In this document: positions 1-10,325 of the stretch, in pieces
Layout of the letters: each line of letters begins with the position of its first letter
Numbering within the stretch: position 1 is the stretch's first letter
DNA from: Breznakia sp. PF5-3
Lineage (GTDB): Bacteria > Bacillota_I > Bacilli_A > Erysipelotrichales > Erysipelotrichaceae
DNA: 32,000 nt
Assembly (NCBI RefSeq): GCF_029504745.1
Contig: NZ_JAQFIQ010000023.1
Location: forward strand, 5,836 to 37,835
Direction of reading: 5' to 3'
Translations under genes and position numbers: made by a program
The notes under the pieces: model-generated
What the model saw: the letters and a program-made list of their open reading frames with translations, nothing else
Database searches by the model: none
Told to the model about the DNA's origin: nothing

Positions 1-149
1 TTATTTGTAGGATTAGAAATATTCGTTGAAAAAACACATATGATATCGAATAATTTTCACCCATTGACATCATTATATAGATTAATATTTAGAAAAGAAG
101 ATAAAGAATAAGGTTGCTTAACGTTATTCTTTTTTTATATAATAAGGAT

Positions 150-902
150 ATGAAGAAAATATTTATAATAGCACTTGTTGCCTTTTCTTGTATTGCATGT
201 AGTTCAGATTCGGATCCTGTTGATCCAGGTGTATCGAATGTAGAGTTATATGATGAAGTTGCAGCATATGAAGCAAAAATGAAAACACTAGACAGTTATA
301 AAATCAGAAAAACAGAAGATGTGGAAGTTCCAGTTTGTGGAGCAGAAGAAATTAGTGTAAAGAAAGAAAATACAAATCCAAGGGAGTATCAAGTTATAAA
401 AGATGGTGATGATATTGCATACTTTTGGAAGCAAAAGCAAGAACAAGAAATTCAATATCGTATAATTTATTATAAGAATGGTAGCTTTTATGAGGAATTC
501 ACACAGATGAGTGGTTCAGTAAATCTATTACCTGATTGGAGTAAAGAACAAAATGATACATTGATAATGGATAAAGTATTTCATGAAATTGATACGACTT
601 ATTTTACAGTAGATGTGAAGGAGGAAGAGGGGAACAAAGTTTATACATTTACGCTAAAAGATGCAGATGGGTATAATAAAAAATATAACACAGATCGTGA
701 TTCTACTTGTGGAATTAAAGGTGACTATGTTGGACAAAAATTTGAATTAAAAGTAAACAAAGATGGATATATAGTAGAAGAAACAGTAGAAGAGACGGTA
801 AAATATAAGTATAACGATCAAGTGCATGAACGATTAAATACAGTGAAGTATGAGTTTTATGATTTGAATGTACCAAATGAAATTAATTTCTATTTCTTAT
901 AA
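150..902 (+). CDS. putative lipoprotein, function unknown
   Basis: The track ORF is 114..902. I prefer the ATG at 150 (MKKIFIIALVAFSCIAC/SSD), which gives a signal peptide plus a lipobox-like Cys. The TTG at 114 has no support. Confidence 0.7.
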   Translation: MKKIFIIALVAFSCIACSSDSDPVDPGVSNVELYDEVAAYEAKMKTLDSYKIRKTEDVEVPVCGAEEISVKKENTNPREYQVIKDGDDIAYFWKQKQEQEIQYRIIYYKNGSFYEEFTQMSGSVNLLPDWSKEQNDTLIMDKVFHEIDTTYFTVDVKEEEGNKVYTFTLKDADGYNKKYNTDRDSTCGIKGDYVGQKFELKVNKDGYIVEETVEETVKYKYNDQVHERLNTVKYEFYDLNVPNEINFYFL

Positions 903-930
903 AAAGCAGAGAATACCCTTTGCTTTTTTT
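901..930 (+). terminator. rho-independent terminator after the lipoprotein gene
   Basis: Sequence is aaaaaGCAGAGaataccCTTTGCttttttt: a 6-bp stem with one G-U pair, flanked by an A-run and a T7 run. Confidence 0.55.
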
Positions 931-987
931 AATTTCCTAGGAAATAGTTTCCCTTTTGTGTAATAAATTACTAGAAGGGGGATATGC

Positions 988-1548
988 ATGGAGATAGAAG
1001 AATTAAGTGTTTATCTAAAAGAAGGGAATTTACATAAGAAAGCAAAAGAACAATTGTATTGGCCAAATGTATGGAATATGTATATCGAAGAAACAACATC
1101 GGTATATAATTGTTTAACAACAAAAGAAGCATTGGTTAGAATGATATCAGAAGTGAATTTTAAAAACCGCTCACAAGCGTCATCTTGTGAAGAATTGGGA
1201 GTTTGGATTCGTGTGGGTGATATTTGTTATATTGATTTTGGAATCAATTATATAAATGAAGCAGGATTTCAACATTTTGGTGTAATCTTGGCAATTCGAA
1301 ATAATAAGGTGTTGGTAGTACCTATGACGAGTAATGTGAAAGCGTATCGTGATGCACAAGGTAATGATGGAAAAGGGCATTTGATGGCAATTGGTAAAAT
1401 AGAAGGTATGCATCGAGAGTCGACATTATTTTTAAATGATTCAAAGTTTATTAATTCTGCTAGAATTATCGATGTGAAGGCACATATTTCAACAAATAGT
1501 GAATTGTTTAAAAAAATAAAACAGCGATTTCACGAAATGATAGGATAA
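988..1548 (+). CDS. PemK/MazF-fold (toxin-like endoribonuclease family) protein with ~75-aa N-terminal extension
   Basis: The C-terminal ~110 aa align by eye to E. coli MazF. GDICYIDFG..NEAGFQHFGVILA matches GDLIWVDFDPTKGSEQAGHRPAVVLS. VVPMTSN matches VPCTTQ. The tail ..ELFKKIKQRFHEMIG matches ..ELQLIKAKINVLIG. A GGGGG RBS lies 6 nt upstream of the ATG. Confidence 0.65.
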   Translation: MEIEELSVYLKEGNLHKKAKEQLYWPNVWNMYIEETTSVYNCLTTKEALVRMISEVNFKNRSQASSCEELGVWIRVGDICYIDFGINYINEAGFQHFGVILAIRNNKVLVVPMTSNVKAYRDAQGNDGKGHLMAIGKIEGMHRESTLFLNDSKFINSARIIDVKAHISTNSELFKKIKQRFHEMIG

Positions 1549-1563
1549 TGATATAATACTTAC

Positions 1564-2778
1564 ATGAAAAAAATGGCTGGTACATGGGTCGTAGCTGTAT
1601 CTGGTGGATCAGACTCAATGGCCTTACTTGATATGTGTTATCAAGCAAAGATGGATATTGTTGTCGCTCATGTAAATTATCAAAAAAGAAGCAGTGCTTC
1701 ACGTGATGAAAAAGGGGTTGAAAGCTATTGCTGGAAGCGGGGAATCCCTTTTTTTAAGCATGTGGTAGAACACTATGATAGTGGTAATTTTCAAGCACAA
1801 GCTAGAAAGATACGGTATTCTTTTTTTAAGGAAATAATAGAGCAAGTACATGCAAAAGGTGTTTTGGTAGCGCATCATTTGGATGATGTCTTAGAAACTT
1901 ATATAATGCAAAAGAAGCGTAAAAGTATTCCTGAATATTATGGAATCAAGGATGAAGTAATTATTTATGGCGTGATGGTAAAGCGATTGCTTTTATCTTA
2001 TAACAAAAAGGAGTTAGAGATGTATTGCGATGAACATGCTGTTCCTTATTTTTATGATGAATCCAACGATAGTGATGTGTATACAAGAAATAGAGTTCGT
2101 CATGAACAAATCGTGCAAATGAATGTTAATGATAAGGAAAATATGTTGAAATGTATATGCAAGGAAAATTTACAATTGCAAAAAAATCGAGAAAAGGTTA
2201 TGGAGGCTTATAAAGATAACGATGGTAGGTTAATAATATCTCATATTATGTCGTATCCAAAAGCTTTTAGTTTGGATTATTTGCGTTATTGGATAGTGAT
2301 GAAAACGGGTATTAAAAAGGTATCAAGGAAAACGTTAGAAGCTATTTATAACAATATGGAGAAATCAAAAAATTGGACTTATCCATTGTCTGATATATAT
2401 CAACTTTGTTGTGATTATGGAGAGGTAACAATTGAAAAACGAGAAGCTTTAGGTTTTTCTTATCAGTTTACAAAATTAGAATATATAGAGACATCATATT
2501 TTAAAATATGTCAAAAAGGTGAAAAGATTGAAGGGGTTTTGGTTGATGATAAAGATTTTCCAATTACGATTCGAAATTATCGTCCAGGTGATAGAATAAG
2601 CCTTCGTTATGGAAGTAAAAAAGTGTCAAGATTTTTAATTGATCGCAAAATTTCTCGAAAAGAGCGTCAATTATGGCCTGTTTTAGTCAACAATATGGGA
2701 GAAATTATTTTTGTTTGTGGGATTGGGTGTGATATCGCACATTATGGTAACAATTTTAATATGTTTGTGGTAAAATAG
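1564..2778 (+). CDS. tilS: tRNA(Ile)-lysidine synthase
   Basis: PP-loop motif VAVSGGSDSMALL near the N-terminus. Sits in the conserved tilS-hpt-ftsH order of Firmicutes. Confidence 0.9.
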   Translation: MKKMAGTWVVAVSGGSDSMALLDMCYQAKMDIVVAHVNYQKRSSASRDEKGVESYCWKRGIPFFKHVVEHYDSGNFQAQARKIRYSFFKEIIEQVHAKGVLVAHHLDDVLETYIMQKKRKSIPEYYGIKDEVIIYGVMVKRLLLSYNKKELEMYCDEHAVPYFYDESNDSDVYTRNRVRHEQIVQMNVNDKENMLKCICKENLQLQKNREKVMEAYKDNDGRLIISHIMSYPKAFSLDYLRYWIVMKTGIKKVSRKTLEAIYNNMEKSKNWTYPLSDIYQLCCDYGEVTIEKREALGFSYQFTKLEYIETSYFKICQKGEKIEGVLVDDKDFPITIRNYRPGDRISLRYGSKKVSRFLIDRKISRKERQLWPVLVNNMGEIIFVCGIGCDIAHYGNNFNMFVVK

Positions 2779-2803
2779 GTTTATTGTTTAGGAGGATTTT
2801 TTA

Positions 2804-3343
2804 ATGCATAAAGATGTTGCTGAAATCTTAGTTACAAGAGAAGAAATACATGCGAAATGTATTGAGTTAGGAAAACAGATTACAGAAGATTATAAAAGCA
2901 AGGGAGAAATACCTTTGGTAGTAGGTTTGCTTAGTGGCTCTGTACCATTTATGAGTGAGCTTATGAAAAATATTGGCTTGGATATTTGCATTGATTTTAT
3001 GGATGTTTCAAGCTATGATGGAACAACTTCGGTTGGTTCAATTAGAATTGATAAGGATTTATCAAATTCAGCAGCAGGTCGTTCGATCTTGTTAGTAGAA
3101 GATATTATCGATACAGGAAAGACACTTACTGAAGTAAAGAGAATGTTGGAAAACAAAGGCGCAGTAGATGTGAAGGTTGTTTCAATGTTAGATAAACCTG
3201 AACGCCGTACAGAAGATATAGAAGCTGACTATGTTGGTTTCACAATTAAAAATGAATTCGTCATTGGGTATGGTTTAGATTACAATCAAAAATATCGAAA
3301 CCTTCCTTATGTTGGGATATTAAAAAAAGAGGTTTATGAATAA
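2804..3343 (+). CDS. hpt: hypoxanthine-guanine phosphoribosyltransferase
   Basis: PRPP-binding motif ILLVEDIIDTGKTL. Size of 179 aa and position between tilS and ftsH fit. AGGAGG RBS. Confidence 0.92.
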   Translation: MHKDVAEILVTREEIHAKCIELGKQITEDYKSKGEIPLVVGLLSGSVPFMSELMKNIGLDICIDFMDVSSYDGTTSVGSIRIDKDLSNSAAGRSILLVEDIIDTGKTLTEVKRMLENKGAVDVKVVSMLDKPERRTEDIEADYVGFTIKNEFVIGYGLDYNQKYRNLPYVGILKKEVYE

Positions 3344-3358
3344 TAGGAGGAGTCGTTC

Positions 3359-5266
3359 ATGAAAAATAAAAAAGGGCCTTTATTGTTGTTGCCTTACCTT
3401 GTATTATTGGCGCTTCTTGGAATGCTGTTTACATTAAATGAAACTTCTAATACAAAAGAGTTTACATATAATGAGTTTGCTAAAAAAGCAGAAAAGATGG
3501 ATTTCAAAGATGTAGAAATGGGTATTGGTGAGGTTGTTATTGATGTAAATGGTAAATACGTCAACAAAGATAAGAAAGAAACTAGTTTTAAGGTTACTAT
3601 TCCTAAAACAGATAAAAATATAGCATGGCTTCAAGATGTTTTAGATGATGGGAAAAATAAAGTTTCAGTTTATGAGCCAAGTAACGAAAATGTATTTTTA
3701 AGTTTATTTGTTAACTTTTTTCCAATAATTTTATTTGGAATTATGATATTCTTCATGTTTAGCAAAATGGGTGGTGGAAATCAAAATAAAGCATTTGAGT
3801 TCGCCAAATCACGTGCTAAGATTCAAGGAAACATCAAAACACGTTTTAATGATGTTGCTGGAGCAGATGAAGAAAAAGAAGAAGTTAAAGAGATTATTGA
3901 TTACTTGAAAAGTCCAAAGAAATTCTCTGACATGGGAGCTAAGATACCAAAAGGTATGTTGATGGTAGGTCCTCCAGGTACTGGGAAAACATTGTTGGCG
4001 AAAGCAGTTGCTGGGGAAGCGGATGTTCCGTTCTTCTCAATTTCAGGATCTGACTTCGTAGAAATGTTTGTTGGTACTGGGGCAAGTCGTGTAAGAGATA
4101 TGTTTAAAAAAGCAAAACAAGCTGCACCATGTATCGTATTTATTGATGAAATCGATGCTGTAGGACGACAACGTGGAGCAGGTATGGGTGGAGGAAACGA
4201 TGAACGTGAACAAACCCTAAACCAATTGCTTGTTGAAATGGATGGTATGGAAGAAAATGTTGGTATTGTAGTTATTGCTGCAACCAACCGTCCGGATGTA
4301 TTGGACCCTGCACTTTTGAGAAGTGGACGTTTTGACCGTCAAATTACGGTAAGTCTTCCAGATAAAAAAGGAAGAACAGAAATTTTGAAGGTACATGCAC
4401 GTGGTAAGAAATTAGCTAAGAATGTAACTTTAGAAAATTTAGCAAAACGTACACCTGGATTTAGTGGTGCAGATTTAGCCAATGTTTTAAACGAAGGTGC
4501 AATTTTGGCAGTTCGTGATAAACGTAAAGAAATAACAATGGAAGATCTTGATGAAGCAATCGATAGAGTTATGATGGGACCAGCTAAGAAATCTAAGAAA
4601 TATACGGATTCTGACAAACAGTTGGTTGCATATCATGAAGCTGGACATGCAGTTATTGGAATTAAGTTGGAAGATGCTGATATGGTACAGAAAGTTACAA
4701 TTATCCCTCGTGGTGAAGCTGGTGGATATAACTTGATGACACCAAGAGAAGAAAAATACTTTCATCGCAAAAAAGAGTATATGGCACAGATTACTGGTTT
4801 GCTTGGCGGACGTGTATCAGAAGAGCTTGTATTTGGAGAGATTAGTGCTGGTGCAGTAAATGATATTGAGCGAATTACAAAGATTGCTAAGAATATGGTA
4901 CGTGTATTTGGGATGTCGTCTTTAGGACCAATTCAATATGCAGATGCACAAGGAAATGTATTCTTGGGTAGAGATTATAATAGTGGTAATGCGTATTCAG
5001 GTGAGGTAGCATTTGAGATTGATAAAGAAGTTAGAAAGATTGTAAATGAATGTCATGAGCAATGTAAGAAAATTCTTACAGAAAATCGCAGCTTACTTGA
5101 TTTAATCGCAAAGACACTTATTGAAGAAGAAACGCTTACAAATGAACAAATCAATAATTTGGTAGAACATGGAACAATTGATTCTCCAGAATCAAAAAAA
5201 GAAGATAAGGAAATTCCTACTTCAACAAGCCAAATCATTGGTGATGTAATCGATGAAAATGAATAA
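3359..5266 (+). CDS. ftsH: ATP-dependent zinc metalloprotease FtsH
   Basis: N-terminal TM segments, Walker A GPPGTGKT, Walker [12 protein letters not shown] region and zinc site HEAGHA. Confidence 0.97.
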   Translation: MKNKKGPLLLLPYLVLLALLGMLFTLNETSNTKEFTYNEFAKKAEKMDFKDVEMGIGEVVIDVNGKYVNKDKKETSFKVTIPKTDKNIAWLQDVLDDGKNKVSVYEPSNENVFLSLFVNFFPIILFGIMIFFMFSKMGGGNQNKAFEFAKSRAKIQGNIKTRFNDVAGADEEKEEVKEIIDYLKSPKKFSDMGAKIPKGMLMVGPPGTGKTLLAKAVAGEADVPFFSISGSDFVEMFVGTGASRVRDMFKKAKQAAPCIVFIDEIDAVGRQRGAGMGGGNDEREQTLNQLLVEMDGMEENVGIVVIAATNRPDVLDPALLRSGRFDRQITVSLPDKKGRTEILKVHARGKKLAKNVTLENLAKRTPGFSGADLANVLNEGAILAVRDKRKEITMEDLDEAIDRVMMGPAKKSKKYTDSDKQLVAYHEAGHAVIGIKLEDADMVQKVTIIPRGEAGGYNLMTPREEKYFHRKKEYMAQITGLLGGRVSEELVFGEISAGAVNDIERITKIAKNMVRVFGMSSLGPIQYADAQGNVFLGRDYNSGNAYSGEVAFEIDKEVRKIVNECHEQCKKILTENRSLLDLIAKTLIEEETLTNEQINNLVEHGTIDSPESKKEDKEIPTSTSQIIGDVIDENE

Positions 5267-5276
5267 TAACAAAACA

Positions 5277-5313
5277 AACAGCACATGTCATTAGACAGGT
5301 GCTGTTACCTTTT
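5277..5313 (+). terminator. possible terminator/attenuator hairpin after ftsH
   Basis: AACAGCAC-N14-GTGCTGTT, an 8-bp stem followed only by accTTTT. The T tract is weak. Confidence 0.4.
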
Positions 5314-5355
5314 ATATAGAATATGATATAATGACGAAGATTAAAGAGGTGGAAT

Positions 5356-6231
5356 ATGAAAGATCAATTATTAAAAGCTTTAGCATGTGATGGACATGTT
5401 CGAATATATATATGTAATACAACAGGGATTATCAATTATGCTCAAAAGCAACATGATTTATGGCCAACAGCGAGTGCGGCTTTAGGTAGAGTGTTAAGTG
5501 TTGCGAGTATGATGGGTGGTAATCTTAAAAGTGATAAAGAAAAACTTACCATTACCATCAATGGTGGTGGACCAATTGGGACAATTATGGCAGATGCTTA
5601 TTATGGTGGAAATGTAAGAGGTTTTGTAAGTGAACCACACGTACATTACCAATATAATGACACTGGGAAATTAGCAGTTGGTATAGCAGTTGGTACAGAT
5701 GGATATTTAGAAGTAAAAAAGGATTTTGGTCTAAAAGAAGAATTTGGTGGCCAAGTTGCTCTTCAAAATGGCGAGATTGGTGATGATTTTGCTTATTACT
5801 TTGCACTTAGTGAGCAAACACCATCGGCTGTATCGGTAGGTGTTCTTGTAGATTCGGATAATACGATTATTTCGTCAGGTGGATTGCTGATTCAAATGTT
5901 ACCAGATGCAACAGAGGAAGATATAGAAAAAACAGAAGCGGTTATTAAAACGTTATCACCTATGTCGGAACTTATCAAAGACAATGTGTCACTAGAGGAA
6001 ATAGCGAAGTCTTTATATGATGATGTGAAAATATTAGAAGTGAGTGATATTGCGTTTACTTGTAATTGTAGTCGTGAAAAGGTGGAAAATGCAATTAAAT
6101 TAATTGATAAGAAGGATTTACAGGAAATGATTGATGAAGATCATGGAAGTGAGGTATCTTGTCAGTTTTGTAAAACAACATATACTTTTAGTGAAGCAGA
6201 GTTAAAAGCAATCTTAGATAGTAAGGAATAA
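5356..6231 (+). CDS. hslO: redox-regulated chaperone Hsp33
   Basis: Hsp33-family sequence throughout. C-terminal zinc/redox switch CNCS...CQFC (CxC...CxxC). An extended -10 (TGaTATAAT) lies at 5324-5332 upstream. Confidence 0.93.
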   Translation: MKDQLLKALACDGHVRIYICNTTGIINYAQKQHDLWPTASAALGRVLSVASMMGGNLKSDKEKLTITINGGGPIGTIMADAYYGGNVRGFVSEPHVHYQYNDTGKLAVGIAVGTDGYLEVKKDFGLKEEFGGQVALQNGEIGDDFAYYFALSEQTPSAVSVGVLVDSDNTIISSGGLLIQMLPDATEEDIEKTEAVIKTLSPMSELIKDNVSLEEIAKSLYDDVKILEVSDIAFTCNCSREKVENAIKLIDKKDLQEMIDEDHGSEVSCQFCKTTYTFSEAELKAILDSKE

Positions 6232-6233
6232 GT

Positions 6234-7232
6234 ATGTGGAAAATTAATGATGTAGAGATTAAAAATAAAATTGTTATAGCTCCAATGGCTGGCATTAGCA
6301 ATGCTGCTTTTCGTAGCATTTGCAAGGAATTTGGTGCAGGTTTGATATGCTCAGAAATGGTGAGTGATAAAGCTTTGTATTATGATAATATAAAGACGCT
6401 TAAAATGACGCAAGTTCTAGAAGATGAGCATCCAATGAGTATGCAAATTTTTGGTCATGATATTGATAGTATGGTGTACGCTGCAAAACTTTTGGATACA
6501 GAAACAAACTGCGATATTATCGACATCAATATGGGCTGCCCAGTAAACAAAGTGATTAAATCAAATGCAGGTTCAGCACTTATGAAAGATGTGGAACATG
6601 CATGTAAAATAGTAAAGGCAGTCGTTGAGAATGTAAATAAACCAGTAACGGTGAAAATGCGTGCAGGTTGGGATGTACACTCAATAAATGCGGTAGAATT
6701 GGCAAAAGGAGTAGAAGCAGCTGGTGCTAGTGCTGTTTGTGTTCATGGACGAACAAGAACGCAGATGTATGAAGGAAAAGCAGATTGGCAAATTATTAAA
6801 GAAGTAAAAGATGCTGTATCGATTCCAGTAATTGGGAATGGTGATGTCCGTAGTGTCGAAGATATGATTCAAATGCTAGAGTTTACTGGTTGTGATGCTA
6901 TATCCATTGGACGTGGCGTTTTGGGTAATCCATGGTTAATTAAACAGTGTGCACATTATTTAGAAACTGGTACATTTATGGATGAAATACCTTATCATGA
7001 AAAATTCAAGTTAGCAAGAAAACATGCACAAAGACTTTGTGATTTAAAGGGCGAGAAAATTGGAATGAAGGAGATGCGTGGACATGCTGCATGGTATATC
7101 AAAGGAATGCCATCTTCACATCAAGTCAAAAATGAATTATCAGCAATGAATACATATGACGAAATGGATGAAATATTTAGTAATTATGAAGTGAAAATAA
7201 AAGCATATGAATTGGAAATTTCTAATACATAG
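6234..7232 (+). CDS. dusB: tRNA-dihydrouridine synthase (DusB-type)
   Basis: Dus-family N-terminus [15 protein letters not shown], catalytic region INMGCP and a TIM-barrel FMN pattern. Adjacent to hslO and lysS, as in Bacillus. Confidence 0.9.
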   Translation: MWKINDVEIKNKIVIAPMAGISNAAFRSICKEFGAGLICSEMVSDKALYYDNIKTLKMTQVLEDEHPMSMQIFGHDIDSMVYAAKLLDTETNCDIIDINMGCPVNKVIKSNAGSALMKDVEHACKIVKAVVENVNKPVTVKMRAGWDVHSINAVELAKGVEAAGASAVCVHGRTRTQMYEGKADWQIIKEVKDAVSIPVIGNGDVRSVEDMIQMLEFTGCDAISIGRGVLGNPWLIKQCAHYLETGTFMDEIPYHEKFKLARKHAQRLCDLKGEKIGMKEMRGHAAWYIKGMPSSHQVKNELSAMNTYDEMDEIFSNYEVKIKAYELEISNT

Positions 7233-7238
7233 TAATCA

Positions 7239-7286
7239 AATAAACCGACCCTAAACTTGGATGCCAAGAAAGAGTCGGTTTATTTT
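7239..7286. terminator. bidirectional nested-hairpin terminator between convergent dusB and the isomerase gene
   Basis: Outer stem TAAACCGAC (7241-7249) pairs with GTCGGTTTA (7274-7282). Inner stem CTTGG (7256-7260) pairs with CCAAG (7264-7268). A-rich on the left, T-run on the right. Confidence 0.6.
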
Positions 7287-7294
7287 AGTTCTTT

Positions 7295-8170
7295 TTATAT
7301 CAATGTTAATAGTTCTTTCATTGATTGAATCGTTTTTTCGTAGTCTACTTCAGGTTCTAGCGAAATATAATACTGATAGTTTTTATTTATACGTTGAAGA
7401 AGTTTTTGATAATCAATATCACCTTCTAATAAAGCTCGATGAAGAAAAGGTTTTTCAGAAGTTTTATCATACTGATAGTTTTTTAAATGAATATGTCTGA
7501 TTTTATCGTGAATCAAATCATACTCATTTTCTAAAGATCGTTTCAGATATTTCTTCGGTACCTTGTGTTTCTCTGCACGATATGAATTTGCTGGATCCCA
7601 AAGTAATTTTAAGTTGGGGCTAGCAATTGCTTCAATGACTTTCATTGTCATTTCACCTTTTGGCAAATGAGAATATGGACAGTTTTCTAATACTAAAATT
7701 ACTCCATATTTTTCGGCAATTTTTACAGCCATTTTTAAATATTCAATAATTTTTTGAATATCATCGTCTGTTCCTACAACAACGACTTCTTCATTATCAG
7801 GAAACCGAAATGGAAATATTCTAACCGTTTGGCACTTTAGCTTAATTGCTATTTCGCATGCACGTTCTAAATATTCCAAGTGTTTCTTGACATCCCCTTC
7901 GATTGCGTAGAAGGTCGGATTGAATAAAGATACTTTATAATTTGGGTATAATGGGCATAAAAAGAAAATAGTACTTGCAATGTTTGCAACTTGCATATCA
8001 TAAGAATTTAAAATCTTTTTAATTTCATCTACTTCAGTATCTGAACATTCTTCAATACTTTTTCCAAATACATTATGTAGCTCAATGTTTGAATAACCTA
8101 ATTCTTTTATCTGTTTACAAGCTTCTTCTAAATTAGCATGAACTTGATCAGAAATAATAGCATGGATCAT
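7295..8170 (-). CDS. sugar phosphate isomerase/epimerase (xylose isomerase-like TIM barrel family)
   Basis: The track ORF runs to 8419. The start MIHAIISDQ at 8170 has a GGAGGT RBS 5 nt upstream. The sequence pattern (..ELGYSNIELH.., ..VRIFPF.., ..VLVLENCP.., ..LLWDPAN..) is typical of PF01261-type proteins. Confidence 0.78.
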   Translation of the reverse strand: MIHAIISDQVHANLEEACKQIKELGYSNIELHNVFGKSIEECSDTEVDEIKKILNSYDMQVANIASTIFFLCPLYPNYKVSLFNPTFYAIEGDVKKHLEYLERACEIAIKLKCQTVRIFPFRFPDNEEVVVVGTDDDIQKIIEYLKMAVKIAEKYGVILVLENCPYSHLPKGEMTMKVIEAIASPNLKLLWDPANSYRAEKHKVPKKYLKRSLENEYDLIHDKIRHIHLKNYQYDKTSEKPFLHRALLEGDIDYQKLLQRINKNYQYYISLEPEVDYEKTIQSMKELLTLI

Positions 8171-8191
8171 AATAGACCTCCTTATATTTCT

Positions 8192-8220
8192 ATTATAGAA
8201 GTTAAGAAATAGAAAAGCAA
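8192..8220 (-). promoter_or_regulatory. putative sigma-A promoter for the isomerase gene
   Basis: On the minus strand: TTGCTT (8220-8215), a 17-nt spacer, then TATAAT (8197-8192). Confidence 0.45.
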
Positions 8221-8261
8221 TATATGATATAACATTATAATTTAATAAAATTAGATAAAAG

Positions 8262-8290
8262 TTGACAAATGTATTTAAAATGCATAAAAT
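8262..8290 (+). promoter_or_regulatory. sigma-A promoter of the lysS T-box leader
   Basis: TTGACA (8262-8267), a 17-nt spacer, then TAAAAT (8285-8290). Confidence 0.6.
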
Positions 8291-8295
8291 GAATA

Positions 8296-8528
8296 CGATT
8301 GATAAGTAGTGATGAAGAGATGAGTAGTTTATGAAACAAGTGAAAGAGAGTCCTAGTTGGTGGAAATGGATGATGTTGTCATAGATGAATAAAGACTTGG
8401 AGCTAAGCGGGTGATTCACGAGATACGAATTGGCTAGATTTAGTCACTAAGGTTAGTAGAGTGATCTATTAACGAATTAGGGTGGTACCACGATGTAACT
8501 CTCGTCCCTATCAGGATGAGAGTTTTTA
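8296..8528 (+). promoter_or_regulatory. T-box riboswitch leader (lysine specifier) controlling lysS
   Basis: Stem I elements are present (GTGATGAAGAGATGAGTAG, AGAGAGTC...TGGTGGAAA). A specifier-loop candidate GAAUAAAGA at 8387-8395 offers AAG+A or AAA. The conserved T-box sequence AATTAGGGTGGTACCACG lies at 8475-8492. A terminator follows: AACTCTCGTCC (8497-8507) pairs with GGATGAGAGTT (8514-8524), then a T-run. Confidence 0.85.
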
Positions 8529-8537
8529 TATTTTTAG

Positions 8538-10037
<1,500 letters not shown>

Positions 10038-10086
10038 AAGTTTATTTTATATTGAATAGTATTTGCATTATATTTAGATGAAGAAA

Positions 10087-10126
10087 GACGCAAATGCAAC
10101 GTAAAATTTTACATTGCATTTGCGTC
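10087..10126. terminator. 40-nt near-perfect palindrome / hairpin downstream of lysS
   Basis: GACGCAAATGCAA (10087-10099) pairs with TTGCATTTGCGTC (10114-10126). The centre GTAAAATTTTAC is itself palindromic. No T-run follows (ccctt). Confidence 0.5.
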
Positions 10127-10159
10127 CCTTAATAATAAGTGATGTGGTTGTGATTACAT

Positions 10160-10203
10160 AAAAAAATACAGTTTAGTGATAAAAAGATAAACTGTATTTT
10201 TTT
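10160..10203. terminator. bidirectional rho-independent terminator
   Basis: A7 run, ATACAGTTTA (10166-10175), a 12-nt loop, TAAACTGTAT (10188-10197), then a T7 run. Confidence 0.7.
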
Positions 10204-10325
10204 GTGAAATATGGTAAGGGAAATTAATTATGTTAGGGTAATATATAATAAAGGGAAAAGCAAATAAGTATTTAATTGTTATTATAAGGCTGTAATTATA
10301 TAATTAGAGAAAAGGATGTGTTTAG

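Noticed and set aside
3901-4287. 128-aa minus-strand ORF inside ftsH (with 3434-3634, 4339-4617, 4487-4765 and 5053-5286)
   Set aside because: These are shadow ORFs opposite a highly conserved, confidently called gene. They have no starts with an RBS and no recognisable motifs.
7261-7500. 79-aa plus-strand ORF
   Set aside because: It starts inside the dusB terminator hairpin and runs antisense to the 3' end of the isomerase gene. It has no RBS.
8171-8419. 5' extension of the minus-strand track ORF 7295..8419 (an extra 83 codons)
   Set aside because: The extension is low-complexity and hydrophobic. It runs antisense through the lysS promoter and T-box Stem I. A GGAGGT RBS plus an ATG at 8170 gives a normal start (MIHAIISDQ) for a TIM-barrel isomerase.
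10038-10325. Expectation of an rRNA/tRNA operon or a small RNA gene downstream of lysS
   Set aside because: There is no tRNA-like T-arm (GGTTCGAATCC-type) and no rRNA-like sequence. The interval is explained by two hairpins plus AT-rich promoter DNA.
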